Positions 28,106 to 38,624 are shown, counted from the first letter of the stretch. The stretch: 64,000 bases of DNA from an uncultured Lachnospira sp. (GCA_910587485.1 CAJUKN010000014.1:27432-91431), one strand, 5' to 3'. Notes: generated from the sequence alone by a model not told the origin. A program made the numbers and translations.

Positions 28106-30223
28106 GTGAGAATTGTTAAAACTGTTGATTCATTGAAGTTAGAATATAAAAAGTTACTATATATTTGTAATACAAGACCTGTATTTAAGCCAAAAGCATT
28201 ATTTTCCGATGCAACTGAAAATTATAGAATACCGCCAGAGTGTGAACCTTGGGATACGGTTCGCATTCGGCTTCGAGTAGGAAGATTTAATATTGAAAGA
28301 GCATATCTTTATGTTGATAATGAAGAGTATGCTATGGTCAGAGTGGATTCTGATGTAGCTTTTGATTATTATGAAGCAGCGATAGAAGTGTCCGATTCTA
28401 TCATGTCTTATTATTTTAAGGTGGAAGGGGAACGAGGGTTATGTTATTACTATAATCAAATAGGAGGCACTCGTGAGTTAAACCCTTATTATAATTTTAC
28501 AATCATACCAGGACATAAAGTGCCAAAATGGGTAAAAGGTGCTGTTATGTACCAAATTTATGTTGACCGATTCTGTGATGGTGATACAAGTAATAATGTT
28601 GTTGATGATGAGTACAGTTATATAGGAGAACATGTAATTCAAGTAAAAGATTGGGATAAATATCCTGCACAGATGGGGGTAAGAGAGTTTTATGGAGGAG
28701 ATTTACAGGGCGTATGGGATAAATTGGATTATCTTCAGGACTTAGGAATAGATGTTATCTATTTTAATCCCATTTTCGTATCACCTTCTAATCACAAATA
28801 TGATACTCAAGATTATGATTATGTTGACCCTCATATTGGTGTGATAAAAGTCGATGAGGGGGAAGTGTTAAAGGAAGGCGACCAAGATAATCGACATGCC
28901 ACCAAGTATATTAGCAGAGTTACAAGCAAAGAAAATCTTGAAGCCAGTAATGAATTTTTTGCAAGGCTTGTGGAGGAGATACACAAAAGAGGAATGAAAG
29001 TCATTATTGATGGGGTGTTTAATCACTGTGGTTCATTTAATAAATGGCTTGATAGAGAACATATATATAGCAGCAGCAAAGATGATTATGCAGTGGGTGC
29101 TTATGAGAAATATGAAAGCCCATATCATAGTTTTTTTAAATTTTACAGTGACCAATGGCCAGACAATGGTTCTTATGACGGCTGGTGGGGACATGACACC
29201 TTACCTAAGTTAAATTATGAAGAATCTGAGAAATTGGAAGATTACATTATAGAGATTGGCAAAAAATGGGTGTCTCCTCCGTATAATGTAGATGGATGGC
29301 GTTTAGATGTAGCTGCTGATTTAGGATATAACAGTGAATATAATCATCGATTTTGGAAGAAATTTAGAAAAGCAGTGAAAGAGGCAAATCCAGAGGCTGT
29401 TATTCTTGCAGAACATTATGGGGATTCCCATGATTGGCTTTTAGGTGGTCAGTGGGATACGATTATGAACTATGATGCATTTATGGAGCCTATAACATGG
29501 TTTTTAACGGGCATGGAAAAGCATAGTGATGAGTTTCGACAGGATATGATTGGCAATGCCAATAACTTTTTTGGTGCTATGCATCATAATATGTCACGTA
29601 TGGGACATCAGGCAGTCAGTATATCTATGAATCAATTATCAAACCATGACCATTCAAGGTTTCTTACAAGAACCAATCGTATTGTGGGAAGAACACATAC
29701 AATGGGACCACAAAAAGCAAATGAGCATGTAGATAAAGCGGTGTTTATGGCAGCAGTTGTTATTCAGATGACATGGCCGGGCGCACCTACATTATATTAT
29801 GGAGATGAGGCAGGCGTTTGTGGCTGGACAGACCCAGATAATAGAAGAACGTATCCATGGGGAAAAGAAGATAAGCTGTTGCTTCAATTTCACAAAGACA
29901 TTATTAAGATGCATAAAGAGTGTAAAGTTCTTAGCACAGGTTCTTATAAGCCGCTTATCAGTGAGTATAATTTAATTGCTTATGGACGTTTTGACAAGAA
30001 CGATATGGTGGTAGTTATTGTAAATAACTCCGATGATGAGCGAAGAGTACATGTTCCTGTATGGGAAATTGGATTGATGAGAGATTATGATATGGAACAA
30101 ATTTTTGTTACGTATGAAAATGGATATGATAATAATAAACTTGGATATTCAGTAAAAGAAGGCTGGTTAGATGTTGGTATGAGAAACAAGTCTGCTATGG
30201 TGCTGCGAAAGATGCAATTCTAA
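28106..30223 (+). CDS. GH13 alpha-glycosidase (neopullulanase/cyclomaltodextrinase-like)
   Basis: YGGDLQG, DGVFNH, DGWRLDVA, LAEH, SNHD, YYGDE, DPDNRR. Confidence 0.93.
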   Translation: MRIVKTVDSLKLEYKKLLYICNTRPVFKPKALFSDATENYRIPPECEPWDTVRIRLRVGRFNIERAYLYVDNEEYAMVRVDSDVAFDYYEAAIEVSDSIMSYYFKVEGERGLCYYYNQIGGTRELNPYYNFTIIPGHKVPKWVKGAVMYQIYVDRFCDGDTSNNVVDDEYSYIGEHVIQVKDWDKYPAQMGVREFYGGDLQGVWDKLDYLQDLGIDVIYFNPIFVSPSNHKYDTQDYDYVDPHIGVIKVDEGEVLKEGDQDNRHATKYISRVTSKENLEASNEFFARLVEEIHKRGMKVIIDGVFNHCGSFNKWLDREHIYSSSKDDYAVGAYEKYESPYHSFFKFYSDQWPDNGSYDGWWGHDTLPKLNYEESEKLEDYIIEIGKKWVSPPYNVDGWRLDVAADLGYNSEYNHRFWKKFRKAVKEANPEAVILAEHYGDSHDWLLGGQWDTIMNYDAFMEPITWFLTGMEKHSDEFRQDMIGNANNFFGAMHHNMSRMGHQAVSISMNQLSNHDHSRFLTRTNRIVGRTHTMGPQKANEHVDKAVFMAAVVIQMTWPGAPTLYYGDEAGVCGWTDPDNRRTYPWGKEDKLLLQFHKDIIKMHKECKVLSTGSYKPLISEYNLIAYGRFDKNDMVVVIVNNSDDERRVHVPVWEIGLMRDYDMEQIFVTYENGYDNNKLGYSVKEGWLDVGMRNKSAMVLRKMQF

Positions 30224-30267
30224 CCTTATTGGGAAAGAGTTGAATTGCATATAAAAAATGTCACAAA

Positions 30268-30320
30268 GTGGCAATAAGATTAGAAGCAAGCAGCGAAATC
30301 GATTGCGAATATCCATTTGA
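30268..30320 (+). repeat. Family B repeat core
   Basis: AGCAAGCAGCGAAATCGATTGCGAATATCCATTTGA. Confidence 0.7.
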
Positions 30321-30461
30321 TAGAAATATAGAAAATAACAATGAAAAGACATGACATTGTGTGTTGAGAAAGTACGAGGACTGAAACAAGCATTTAAAAG
30401 AAGGAAAGGAGAAAGCTGTCCAATATAAAGTATTTTTTCATATATTGAGCAGCAGGTTACG

Positions 30462-31364
30462 ATGAGTAATAATAGAGAAGATGAAGGAAGACCAGAGATA
30501 AGAATTAACAAAAAAATGAGAACTTGGAATAAGTATCGTAATTATTGTTTTATTGCCACTGGTGTGATAGTGGTTATTCTTGCGGTATTTATCGTTGTTA
30601 ATATGGTGACAAAAGATAAGGGTAACAGTGATGTTGCAAACCAGACAGACAATCATAATAATACCATTTCACAGACAAAAGAAGATTCATCAAACACACA
30701 GACAACAGCGCAGACAGAGCCAACACAAGACCAAACAACACAACAACCAACAACAAAAGCACAGCAGACGGGTGGTACATTAAAAGTTTCAGGTTCTGTG
30801 GAAAAGCAGGATTTTGTAGGAGCAGATAAATTTAAGGATTGTGTATTTTTAGGCGATTCCATTATCAGTGGCATTTCATTTTATGAGTTTCTTCCAGAAT
30901 CACAGGTAGTGTCCGATGATAACATTACCAGTGACAAACTTCAAAAACATATTGACAGTGTGCTTTCCTCAAATCCTTCAAAGGTGTTTATAATGGCAGG
31001 ATTAAATGATGCCAACTATGGCACAAGAGATGGAGAGACCATTGCTGACTTTATTGGAGAGACGGTTAAAGAAATAAAATCAAAAAGTGCTTCAACAAGC
31101 GTATATATTTTGTCTGTTTTGCCAGTAACATCCGCATTTGAAAATCGTTCTAATGTAAGTATAAAGCAGTCTTTATTAGATGAAATTAATGAGAGTTTAA
31201 GCAAAAATGCAGCAAAGTATGGTGCTACCTTTATTGATTTAGCAGATGCTTATAAAGATGGAAGTGGTTATCTTAAAACAGAATGTACTGGTAATGGAAG
31301 TAATATTTATGGCGAATATTATCCGTTTATGTTAAATAGTATTAGTAAATTAATTAATGGTTAG
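30462..31364 (+). CDS. Membrane-anchored SGNH/GDSL hydrolase-like protein
   Basis: VFLGDSI, GLND, Q/T-rich linker; DxxH motif appears replaced (NGSN). Confidence 0.8.
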   Translation: MSNNREDEGRPEIRINKKMRTWNKYRNYCFIATGVIVVILAVFIVVNMVTKDKGNSDVANQTDNHNNTISQTKEDSSNTQTTAQTEPTQDQTTQQPTTKAQQTGGTLKVSGSVEKQDFVGADKFKDCVFLGDSIISGISFYEFLPESQVVSDDNITSDKLQKHIDSVLSSNPSKVFIMAGLNDANYGTRDGETIADFIGETVKEIKSKSASTSVYILSVLPVTSAFENRSNVSIKQSLLDEINESLSKNAAKYGATFIDLADAYKDGSGYLKTECTGNGSNIYGEYYPFMLNSISKLING

Positions 31365-31419
31365 ATTGATTGTCCCGTTTAACAAAAAAATTGATACAAA
31401 AATAGAAATGAGGAATGTT

Positions 31420-32118
31420 ATGAACTTTCATGTGTTGACATTATTTCCAGATATGATTGTCAATGGGTTGAATCATAGTATTATTGGAAGAGCTATGGAG
31501 AATAAAATTCTTCAGATTAATGCAATTAATATTAGAGATTATGCGAATAATAAGCATATGAAAGTTGATGATTATCCATATGGTGGGGGTGCAGGTCTTG
31601 TTATTCAGGCAAGACCTGTTTGTGCTGCCTATGATGATTTGGTTTCAAAATTAGAAAAAAAACCGAGAGTGGTATATATGACACCAGTTGGATATACATT
31701 TACACAAGAAATGGCACAAGAATTTGCAAAAGAAGAAGAACTTGTGATATTATGTGGGCATTATGAGGGAATTGATGAAAGAGCGCTTGAAAGAATTGTT
31801 ACAGATTATGTGTCGATAGGAGATTATGTGTTGACAGGAGGCGAGCTTCCAGCAATGATTATGATTGATGTTATTGCAAGGCTGCTGCCGGGCGTGCTGC
31901 ATAATGGTGAGTCGGCACAAACCGAAAGCTTTGAAAATGATTTGCTTGAGTATCCACAATATACACGACCAGAAGTATTTGAAGGCGTTTCGGTGCCTAA
32001 AGTTTTATTGTCTGGACATCATGCAAATGTTGATGAGTGGCGGTTAAAACAATCCATTGAGAGAACAAAAAAGTATAGACCAGATTTATATAATAAATAT
32101 ATGGAAAGGCGAGGTTAA
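31420..32118 (+). CDS. trmD: tRNA (guanine-N1)-methyltransferase
   Basis: VDDYPYGGGAG, CGHYEGIDER, SIGDYVLTGGE, VLLSGHH. Confidence 0.98.
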   Translation: MNFHVLTLFPDMIVNGLNHSIIGRAMENKILQINAINIRDYANNKHMKVDDYPYGGGAGLVIQARPVCAAYDDLVSKLEKKPRVVYMTPVGYTFTQEMAQEFAKEEELVILCGHYEGIDERALERIVTDYVSIGDYVLTGGELPAMIMIDVIARLLPGVLHNGESAQTESFENDLLEYPQYTRPEVFEGVSVPKVLLSGHHANVDEWRLKQSIERTKKYRPDLYNKYMERRG

Positions 32119-32128
32119 GCACAGCAGT

Positions 32129-33880
32129 ATGGAACAAAATACACATTTTATTGGCAGAGCAATTATTGATGAAAGCTTGAATATATTGACAGCGGACACA
32201 AAGCTTAGTAAATATCTTGGAAATAATGCTATGTATACACTTGCAAGGTCAATTCACCCAAATGATATTAACAGACTTGAAGATGGTCTTAAGGTTGTTA
32301 GTATAGAACAAAGTACCATTATTTCTTTAAGAATGGTTGATGATAATGGGCGATATCAATGGGTTATTATGTTGCTAGTTGATATACCTAAAAATAGAAA
32401 CCATGATAGACAGATTCGTATTGAACTGCATGATATTGCAGAAGTAAAAAGTTTGCATATAGCAGAAGATGAAAATTATATGCAGTATTTTAGTTTGATG
32501 GAACATCTTATGTTTTCGTATGACATTTATACAGACAAATTGAAAATATTTATGATGGGAAATCAACAACAAGTAAATTTCTATAACGGAACGCTTACAG
32601 ACTGGGAAAAAACAATGATTACGAATGGTAACATTGATGAAATTTATAAAAATGTATTTAATATGCTCTGTTCTGATTTTAGAAAAGGAACCAAACAATT
32701 TGAACATGAGTTTAAAATGAGAATTTTTGAAGGCACAAAGGCAATGGATTGGTGCCTGATAAAAGGAAAATCAATTATCGATTCTAGTGCAAAGACACAT
32801 GTTATTGCCACTATGTCTAAAGTAAATCCTGTAGATAATTTGGACAATTCCTATAACAAGACAGAAATGTTGGATGCTTGTACAGGAATTTTAAACAAAA
32901 AAGCTATTGAGGATTATGCTTCAAAGATTATCGCTTCAAAACCAATATACCCTGTTACGATTGCTGTTTTAGATATTGACGATTTTAAGTATATTAATGA
33001 TGAATATGGTGAATTGTTTGGTGATGAAGTTTTAAATAGTGTTGCCACCATCATAAAAGATGCTGTTGGTGTGACAGGAGGTGTCGGCAGAATTGGTGAT
33101 GATGAGATATTGATTGTAGCACAGCGATTGGGAAGCAACGCAGATATCAGAAGTTTATTAAGAACAATAAGAAATAATATTGCATTTATGTACAATAATG
33201 AGGAAGACAAGCCGCAAATAACATGTTCTATTGGCTCTGCAACATATCCTGAAGATGCAGCTACATATGAAAAGCTATGTGAAATTGCCTATAAGGTATT
33301 ACATCTTGCAAAGGAAAAAGGAAAAAATCGATATATTATCTATATTCCAGAACTTCATTCAGAGTTTATTAATGGCTTAGGAAAAGCTAAATCAGCGGAG
33401 TATATGTTTTATAAATACCGTAAAATGAGTATTGTAAATGATATTATTAATGATTATAAACTTCGTGGAAAAGATAGTTTTGAAGCTTCTGTAAAAAAGA
33501 TTCAGTTTACTTTTAGTATTGATAGTATTTTTGTTTATGAAAAAGTAGAAAATCAAGACTGGAATCAATTTGTCCTTTTAGGAAATGGTGATTATTTAGA
33601 TGATAATAGTTATTTGAACGAAAAGTCCTATATAGCAGATTTTTCAGAAGATGGAATAGAAGTAATAAACAATATCAATTTTTTTGAGAGAAAAGCCAAA
33701 AAGACGGTGGAAGCGTTTAAGAAAATGGGGATTAATCAAGCAGTACAAGTAATTGTTGGCGACAAAAATAAAATAGTTTCCTTTAATCGCAATAAACAGA
33801 TGAGTAAATGGAGCAGAACGGACACAATGTATCTAGCGATTCTTGGCAATATATTTGGAACAGGATTTTTTAATGAATAA
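32129..33880 (+). CDS. GGDEF-domain protein with degenerate GDDEI active site
   Basis: DACTGILN, LDIDDFKYINDEYG, RIGDDEI, TCSIG, AKEKGKN. Confidence 0.88.
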   Translation: MEQNTHFIGRAIIDESLNILTADTKLSKYLGNNAMYTLARSIHPNDINRLEDGLKVVSIEQSTIISLRMVDDNGRYQWVIMLLVDIPKNRNHDRQIRIELHDIAEVKSLHIAEDENYMQYFSLMEHLMFSYDIYTDKLKIFMMGNQQQVNFYNGTLTDWEKTMITNGNIDEIYKNVFNMLCSDFRKGTKQFEHEFKMRIFEGTKAMDWCLIKGKSIIDSSAKTHVIATMSKVNPVDNLDNSYNKTEMLDACTGILNKKAIEDYASKIIASKPIYPVTIAVLDIDDFKYINDEYGELFGDEVLNSVATIIKDAVGVTGGVGRIGDDEILIVAQRLGSNADIRSLLRTIRNNIAFMYNNEEDKPQITCSIGSATYPEDAATYEKLCEIAYKVLHLAKEKGKNRYIIYIPELHSEFINGLGKAKSAEYMFYKYRKMSIVNDIINDYKLRGKDSFEASVKKIQFTFSIDSIFVYEKVENQDWNQFVLLGNGDYLDDNSYLNEKSYIADFSEDGIEVINNINFFERKAKKTVEAFKKMGINQAVQVIVGDKNKIVSFNRNKQMSKWSRTDTMYLAILGNIFGTGFFNE

Positions 33881-34586
33881 TTTAAAGATAGAATCGTATA
33901 TAGCACTTGATTTGGAGACAACAGGAATCAATCCTTCGCTTGATAAGATTATTGAGATAGGTATGGTAAAGGTGATTGATGGAAAAGAGGTTGACAGCTA
34001 TAATACATTAATTAACCCAGATATACATATTAGTACAAGGATAACGCAAATAACAGGGATAACGGATAGTATGGTTTTGAATAAACCCATTATATCTGAG
34101 CTTATTAAAGATATACTTGATTTTATTGGAGATTTACCTCTGTTAGGTCATAATATTATATTTGATTATAGTTTCTTAAAAAAGGCGGCTGTCAATTTCA
34201 ATTATACATTTGAAAAACAAGGAATTGATACATTAAAGATTGCAAGACGGCTGCTGCCAGAAGTTCCTCATAAAAACTTGGAATATCTGTGCGATTATTT
34301 TAAATTGGATAAGAAAAGTTCGCACAGGGCTTTTGATGATGCGCAAAGTGCGATTCGTTTATTTCATAAATTATATGAGATAAAACCAGATGATGAGGGA
34401 TTTTATAACACCATACCACTGTTGTTTAAAGTAAAAAAAGATGTTCCTATAACAGAAGCACAAAAACGCTATCTTACAGCGTTGATTGATAAACATCAAT
34501 TAAGTATAGAGGAGAATATAGAAAAACTGACAAAAAGTATGGCTTCAAGAATGATTGATAAAATTATTTCTGAATATGGAAAGTAA
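33873..34586 (+). CDS. DEDDh 3'-5' exonuclease (Pol III epsilon-like)
   Basis: LDLETTG, GHNIIFDYSFL, HRAFDDA. Confidence 0.92.
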   Translation: MNNLKIESYIALDLETTGINPSLDKIIEIGMVKVIDGKEVDSYNTLINPDIHISTRITQITGITDSMVLNKPIISELIKDILDFIGDLPLLGHNIIFDYSFLKKAAVNFNYTFEKQGIDTLKIARRLLPEVPHKNLEYLCDYFKLDKKSSHRAFDDAQSAIRLFHKLYEIKPDDEGFYNTIPLLFKVKKDVPITEAQKRYLTALIDKHQLSIEENIEKLTKSMASRMIDKIISEYGK

Positions 34587-34642
34587 GTAATCGTTTCGTA
34601 ATATATGATTAAGCAGTTAAAAAATAAAAATATATTTTAGGG

Positions 34643-34693
34643 TTGACATATGACCCAATATTTGATAATATACTTTTGTTAAAAAAATAACAA
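34643..34693 (+). promoter_or_regulatory. sigA promoter with Rex operator upstream of adhE
   Basis: TTGACA-17 nt-TAATAT; TTGTTAAAAAAATAACAA (34676-34693) matches clostridial Rex box TTGTTAA-N4-TTAACAA at all but one position. Confidence 0.75.
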
Positions 34694-34732
34694 TGTTTAT
34701 AAGGATTTGAAAATGAAAATGGAGGTAAGAAA

Positions 34733-37339
34733 ATGCAGAAGGAGAGTAGTATGATTGTTGATACTGTTGAATCTTTGGAAGCAAAGATTAAAGAGGTAAA
34801 GGAAGCACAAAAGATATTTGCTACGTATACACAAGAGCAAGTAGACAATATCTTTAAAGCAGCAGCTATGGCGGCAAATCAAGCAAGAATCAGTCTTGCA
34901 AAACAAGCTGTTGCAGAGACAGGTATGGGTGTTGTTGAGGATAAGGTTATTAAAAATCACTATGCCTCAGAGTATATTTACAATGCTTATAAAGATGTAA
35001 AAACATGTGGTGTTATCGAAGAAGATAAGTCGTTTGGTATAAAGAAGGTTGCAGAGCCAATTGGTGTTGTTGCAGCCGTTATTCCAACAACAAATCCAAC
35101 TTCGACAGCAATATTTAAGACATTGATATCATTAAAAACAAGAAATGGCATTATAATCAGCCCTCACCCACGTGCAAAAAACAGTACAATTGAGGCAGCA
35201 AAGGTTGTTCTTAATGCAGCAGTTGCAGCAGGCGCACCAAAGGGAATTATTGGCTGGATTGATGTTCCTTCACTTGAATTGACAAATTTAGTTATGAAGG
35301 AAGCTGATATTATTTTAGCAACAGGTGGTCCGGGTATGGTTAAGGCTGCATATTCATCTGGTAAACCAGCATTGGGTGTTGGTGCAGGTAATACACCAGC
35401 AATTATAGATGAAACAGCAGATGTTACATTAGCAGTTAATTCAATTATTCATTCTAAGACATTTGACAATGGTATGATATGCGCATCAGAGCAGTCTGTT
35501 ATCGTTGCTGATTCACTGTATAAGCAAGTTAAAGATGAATTTATTGCAAGAGGCTGTCATATTTTAAGTAAAGATGAAATCAAAAAAGTTCGTAAGACAA
35601 TATTGATAAATGGTTCGCTCAATGCCAAGATAGTAGGACAGAGTGCTTATAATATTGGAAAGCTTGCAGGAATCGAAGTTCCAAAGACAACAAAAATTCT
35701 TATTGGAGAAGTTGAATCAGTAGATATATCAGAAGAATTTGCACATGAAAAGTTATCTCCAGTTCTTGCAATGTATAAGGCAAGCAATTTTGAGGAGGCA
35801 GTATCAAAGGCAGAGCATTTGGTTGCAGACGGCGGCTATGGGCATACTTCATCGCTCTATATCAATGCTGCAACAGAGCATGAAAAGATTGCAGTATTCC
35901 AAGAAGCTATGAAAACATGTAGAGTTCTTATCAATACACCTTCTTCACAGGGTGGTATTGGTGATATTTATAATTTTGCTTTAAAACCATCTCTTACATT
36001 GGGTTGTGGTTCATGGGGCGGCAACTCTGTATCAGAGAATGTAAATGTAAAGCACCTTATTAATATTAAGACCGTAGCTGAAAGGAGAGAAAATATGCTT
36101 TGGTTTAGGGCGCCTGAGAAAGTTTACTTTAAGAAGGGATGTCTTCCTGTAGCGTTAGATGAATTGAAAAATGTTATGGGCAAGAAGAGAGTGTTTATTG
36201 TAACAGACCAGTTCCTTTACAAAAATGGATATACAAAATGTGTGACTGATAAACTTGATGAGATGGGAATTGTTCACACAACATTTTATGATGTTGCACC
36301 AGACCCAACACTTGCATGTGCAAAAGAAGGTGCTGCGGCTATGACTCTTTTCGAGCCAGATTGCATTATCGCAATTGGTGGTGGTTCAGCAATGGATGCT
36401 GGTAAAATTATGTGGGTTATGTATGAGCATCCAGAAGTAGACTTTATGGATATGGCTATGCGCTTTATGGATATCAGAAAGAGAATATATACATTCCCTA
36501 AGATGGGTGAAAAGGCATATTTTATAGCTGTTCCAACATCTTCAGGTACAGGTTCAGAAGTGACACCATTTGCCGTTATTACAGACCAAGATACCAATAT
36601 TAAGTATCCGCTTGCAGATTATGAGCTTCTTCCTAATATGGCTATTGTCGATGCAGATATGATGATGAATCAGCCAAAAGGACTGACTTCTGCATCAGGT
36701 ATTGATGCTTTGACACATGCGTTGGAAGCATATGCTTCTATTATGGCTACAGATTATACAGATGGTCTTGCATTAAAGGCAATGAAGAATATCTTTGAGT
36801 ATCTTCCATCTGCTTATGAGAATGGTGCAGCCGATGCAAAAGCACGTGAACAGATGGCAACAGCTTCTACAATGGCAGGTATGGCATTTGCTAATGCGTT
36901 CTTAGGTTTGTGTCACTCTATGGCACATAAGTTAGGTGCATTCCATCATCTTCCACATGGTGTTGCCAATGCAATTTTAATAACGGATATTATGCGTTAT
37001 AATGCAGTAGAAGTGCCAACAAAGATGGGAACATTTCCACAGTATGAGTATCCTCACTGCAAGGCTCGCTATGTAGAGTGTGCAAATTTCTTAGGTATTC
37101 AAGGCAAAGATGATGATGAAAAATTTGAGAATTTCATTCAGGCAATTGAAGAATTAAAGACTAAAGTTGGTATTAAGAAAACAATCAAGGAATATGGTAT
37201 TGATGAAAAGTATTTCTTAGATACATTGGATGATATGGTTGAAAAGGCATTTGACGACCAATGTACAGGAGCAAACCCTCGTTATCCATTGATGAGTGAG
37301 ATTAAAGATATCTATCTTAAGGCATATTATGGTAAGTAA
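34733..37339 (+). CDS. adhE: Bifunctional aldehyde/alcohol dehydrogenase
   Basis: FDNGMICASEQ, LGCGSWGGNS linker, GGGSAMD, HSMAHK, PHGVANA. Confidence 0.98.
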   Translation: MQKESSMIVDTVESLEAKIKEVKEAQKIFATYTQEQVDNIFKAAAMAANQARISLAKQAVAETGMGVVEDKVIKNHYASEYIYNAYKDVKTCGVIEEDKSFGIKKVAEPIGVVAAVIPTTNPTSTAIFKTLISLKTRNGIIISPHPRAKNSTIEAAKVVLNAAVAAGAPKGIIGWIDVPSLELTNLVMKEADIILATGGPGMVKAAYSSGKPALGVGAGNTPAIIDETADVTLAVNSIIHSKTFDNGMICASEQSVIVADSLYKQVKDEFIARGCHILSKDEIKKVRKTILINGSLNAKIVGQSAYNIGKLAGIEVPKTTKILIGEVESVDISEEFAHEKLSPVLAMYKASNFEEAVSKAEHLVADGGYGHTSSLYINAATEHEKIAVFQEAMKTCRVLINTPSSQGGIGDIYNFALKPSLTLGCGSWGGNSVSENVNVKHLINIKTVAERRENMLWFRAPEKVYFKKGCLPVALDELKNVMGKKRVFIVTDQFLYKNGYTKCVTDKLDEMGIVHTTFYDVAPDPTLACAKEGAAAMTLFEPDCIIAIGGGSAMDAGKIMWVMYEHPEVDFMDMAMRFMDIRKRIYTFPKMGEKAYFIAVPTSSGTGSEVTPFAVITDQDTNIKYPLADYELLPNMAIVDADMMMNQPKGLTSASGIDALTHALEAYASIMATDYTDGLALKAMKNIFEYLPSAYENGAADAKAREQMATASTMAGMAFANAFLGLCHSMAHKLGAFHHLPHGVANAILITDIMRYNAVEVPTKMGTFPQYEYPHCKARYVECANFLGIQGKDDDEKFENFIQAIEELKTKVGIKKTIKEYGIDEKYFLDTLDDMVEKAFDDQCTGANPRYPLMSEIKDIYLKAYYGK

Positions 37340-37408
37340 TATTTATTACGATAAGTGATATTTATTACAGTAAGTAGTATTTATTATGATAAGTAGTATT
37401 TATTGCAG
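37333..37408 (+). repeat. Four tandem 19-bp repeats TAAGTRRTATTTATTRYRR
   Basis: Units at 37333, 37352, 37371, 37390, no spacers. Confidence 0.9.
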
Positions 37409-37536
37409 CAAAAAATATTGCTATGTAAAATAATATTATTATATTAAACATAATTACAATGGCATAATAATATTAAAATAAATGATATTATTATGAGAAG
37501 TTATATAAAATATAAATCAATATTAAATCCATTTTG

Positions 37537-37621
37537 CAATTTGTGTCTGTGTGCTGCCAGACACAAATTGTATAAAATTTTTTCTTTTAAATAATAAAGC
37601 GGCACAGAAATGGGGATTAGT
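37537..37621 (+). repeat. Family A RBS-proximal structured repeat, copy 5
   Basis: Perfect 13-bp stem CAATTTGTGTCTG/CAGACACAAATTG; loop TGTGCTGC pairs with GCGGCACA before GAAATGGGG. Confidence 0.8.
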
Positions 37622-38380
37622 ATGGCAAATGAAGTTTCAAAAAGCAATCTTAAATTAGTGCGTATTGAAGGAGATAAGGCATTAAAAGTATTTTCACCTG
37701 AATATAGCAAAACAGATGTGTTATATGAAGCATTGAACACTGCAAGAGTAGAAGATACAGGTCTTGCAATTCCAAAGTTATTGAGTGTTTATGTTGAGGA
37801 AGATGGAAGCTGGGTAATCGCAAGTGAGTATATTAAGGGAAAGACATTGGCAGAATTGCTTAAAGAGCATCCTGAAAATGCAGATGCTTATGCAGAGGCA
37901 ATGGTTGAATATCAAGTTGCATTTAATAAGCGCAGCAATCCACTTCTTTTAAAGTTAAAGGATAAGCTAGCAAGACAGATTAAAGAGTTGGATATTCACG
38001 CTAATATTAAATATGAGTTGTCTTCAAGATTAGAGGAGCTTCCAAAGCACAATAAACTGTGTCATGGTGATTATTGTCCAGATAATATTATTGTAAGTAC
38101 CGATGAAAATAATAATATCACAGATATTACAGCAGTTGACTGGGTTCATGCAACACAGGGTAACGCTAGTGCAGATGTGGCAAATACATATCTTACAATC
38201 AAATTAAAAGATGAAGATTTTGCAGAAAAGTATATTGCAAAATTCTGTGAAAAGACCAATACAGAAAAACGCTATGTTGATAAGTGGATGCCAATCGTTG
38301 CAGCAGCTCGATTGACAAGAAAAAATGAGGAAGAAAAAGAACTTTTGGAGTCTATGATTGATATTTGCGATTTTCAATAA
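37622..38380 (+). CDS. APH/choline-kinase-like phosphotransferase family protein
   Basis: ALKVF, CHGDYCPDNII, VDW, GNASADVA. Confidence 0.85.
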   Translation: MANEVSKSNLKLVRIEGDKALKVFSPEYSKTDVLYEALNTARVEDTGLAIPKLLSVYVEEDGSWVIASEYIKGKTLAELLKEHPENADAYAEAMVEYQVAFNKRSNPLLLKLKDKLARQIKELDIHANIKYELSSRLEELPKHNKLCHGDYCPDNIIVSTDENNNITDITAVDWVHATQGNASADVANTYLTIKLKDEDFAEKYIAKFCEKTNTEKRYVDKWMPIVAAARLTRKNEEEKELLESMIDICDFQ

Positions 38381-38390
38381 TTTATTCTAA

Positions 38391-38443
38391 TAGGTATAAG
38401 GCTATAAGCAAATAGGGAAGCGGATTGTGAATATCTGTTTGAC
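38391..38443 (+). repeat. Family B repeat core
   Basis: TATAAGGCTATAAGCAAATAGGGAAGCGGATTGTGAATATCTGTTTGAC. Confidence 0.75.
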
Positions 38444-38488
38444 TATTTTGTTAGCTTACTGTGGGATATTTAATTAAAGAAAAATTTT

Positions 38489-38540
38489 AGGAGCTATTGC
38501 AAAAAAGAAAGGGTGTAAAAATTCTTTAGCAATAGCTCCT
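38489..38540. terminator. Hairpin between convergent genes (GCTATTGC-type)
   Basis: AGGAGCTATTGC...GCAATAGCTCCT 12-bp stem. Confidence 0.6.
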
Positions 38541-38624
38541 TTGATTTTGTAGTTGTAATTTATAAGTATTCTTTTTTTTGTTAGGTCTACAATTTAGTAT
38601 TCTTGAATACTTGCTGCTTATAAT

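Noticed and set aside
37333..37408. CRISPR array
   Set aside because: 19-bp units are directly adjacent with no unique spacers, and there are no cas genes
37622..38380. Aminoglycoside-resistance APH
   Set aside because: Only generic kinase-fold motifs; core-genome context next to adhE
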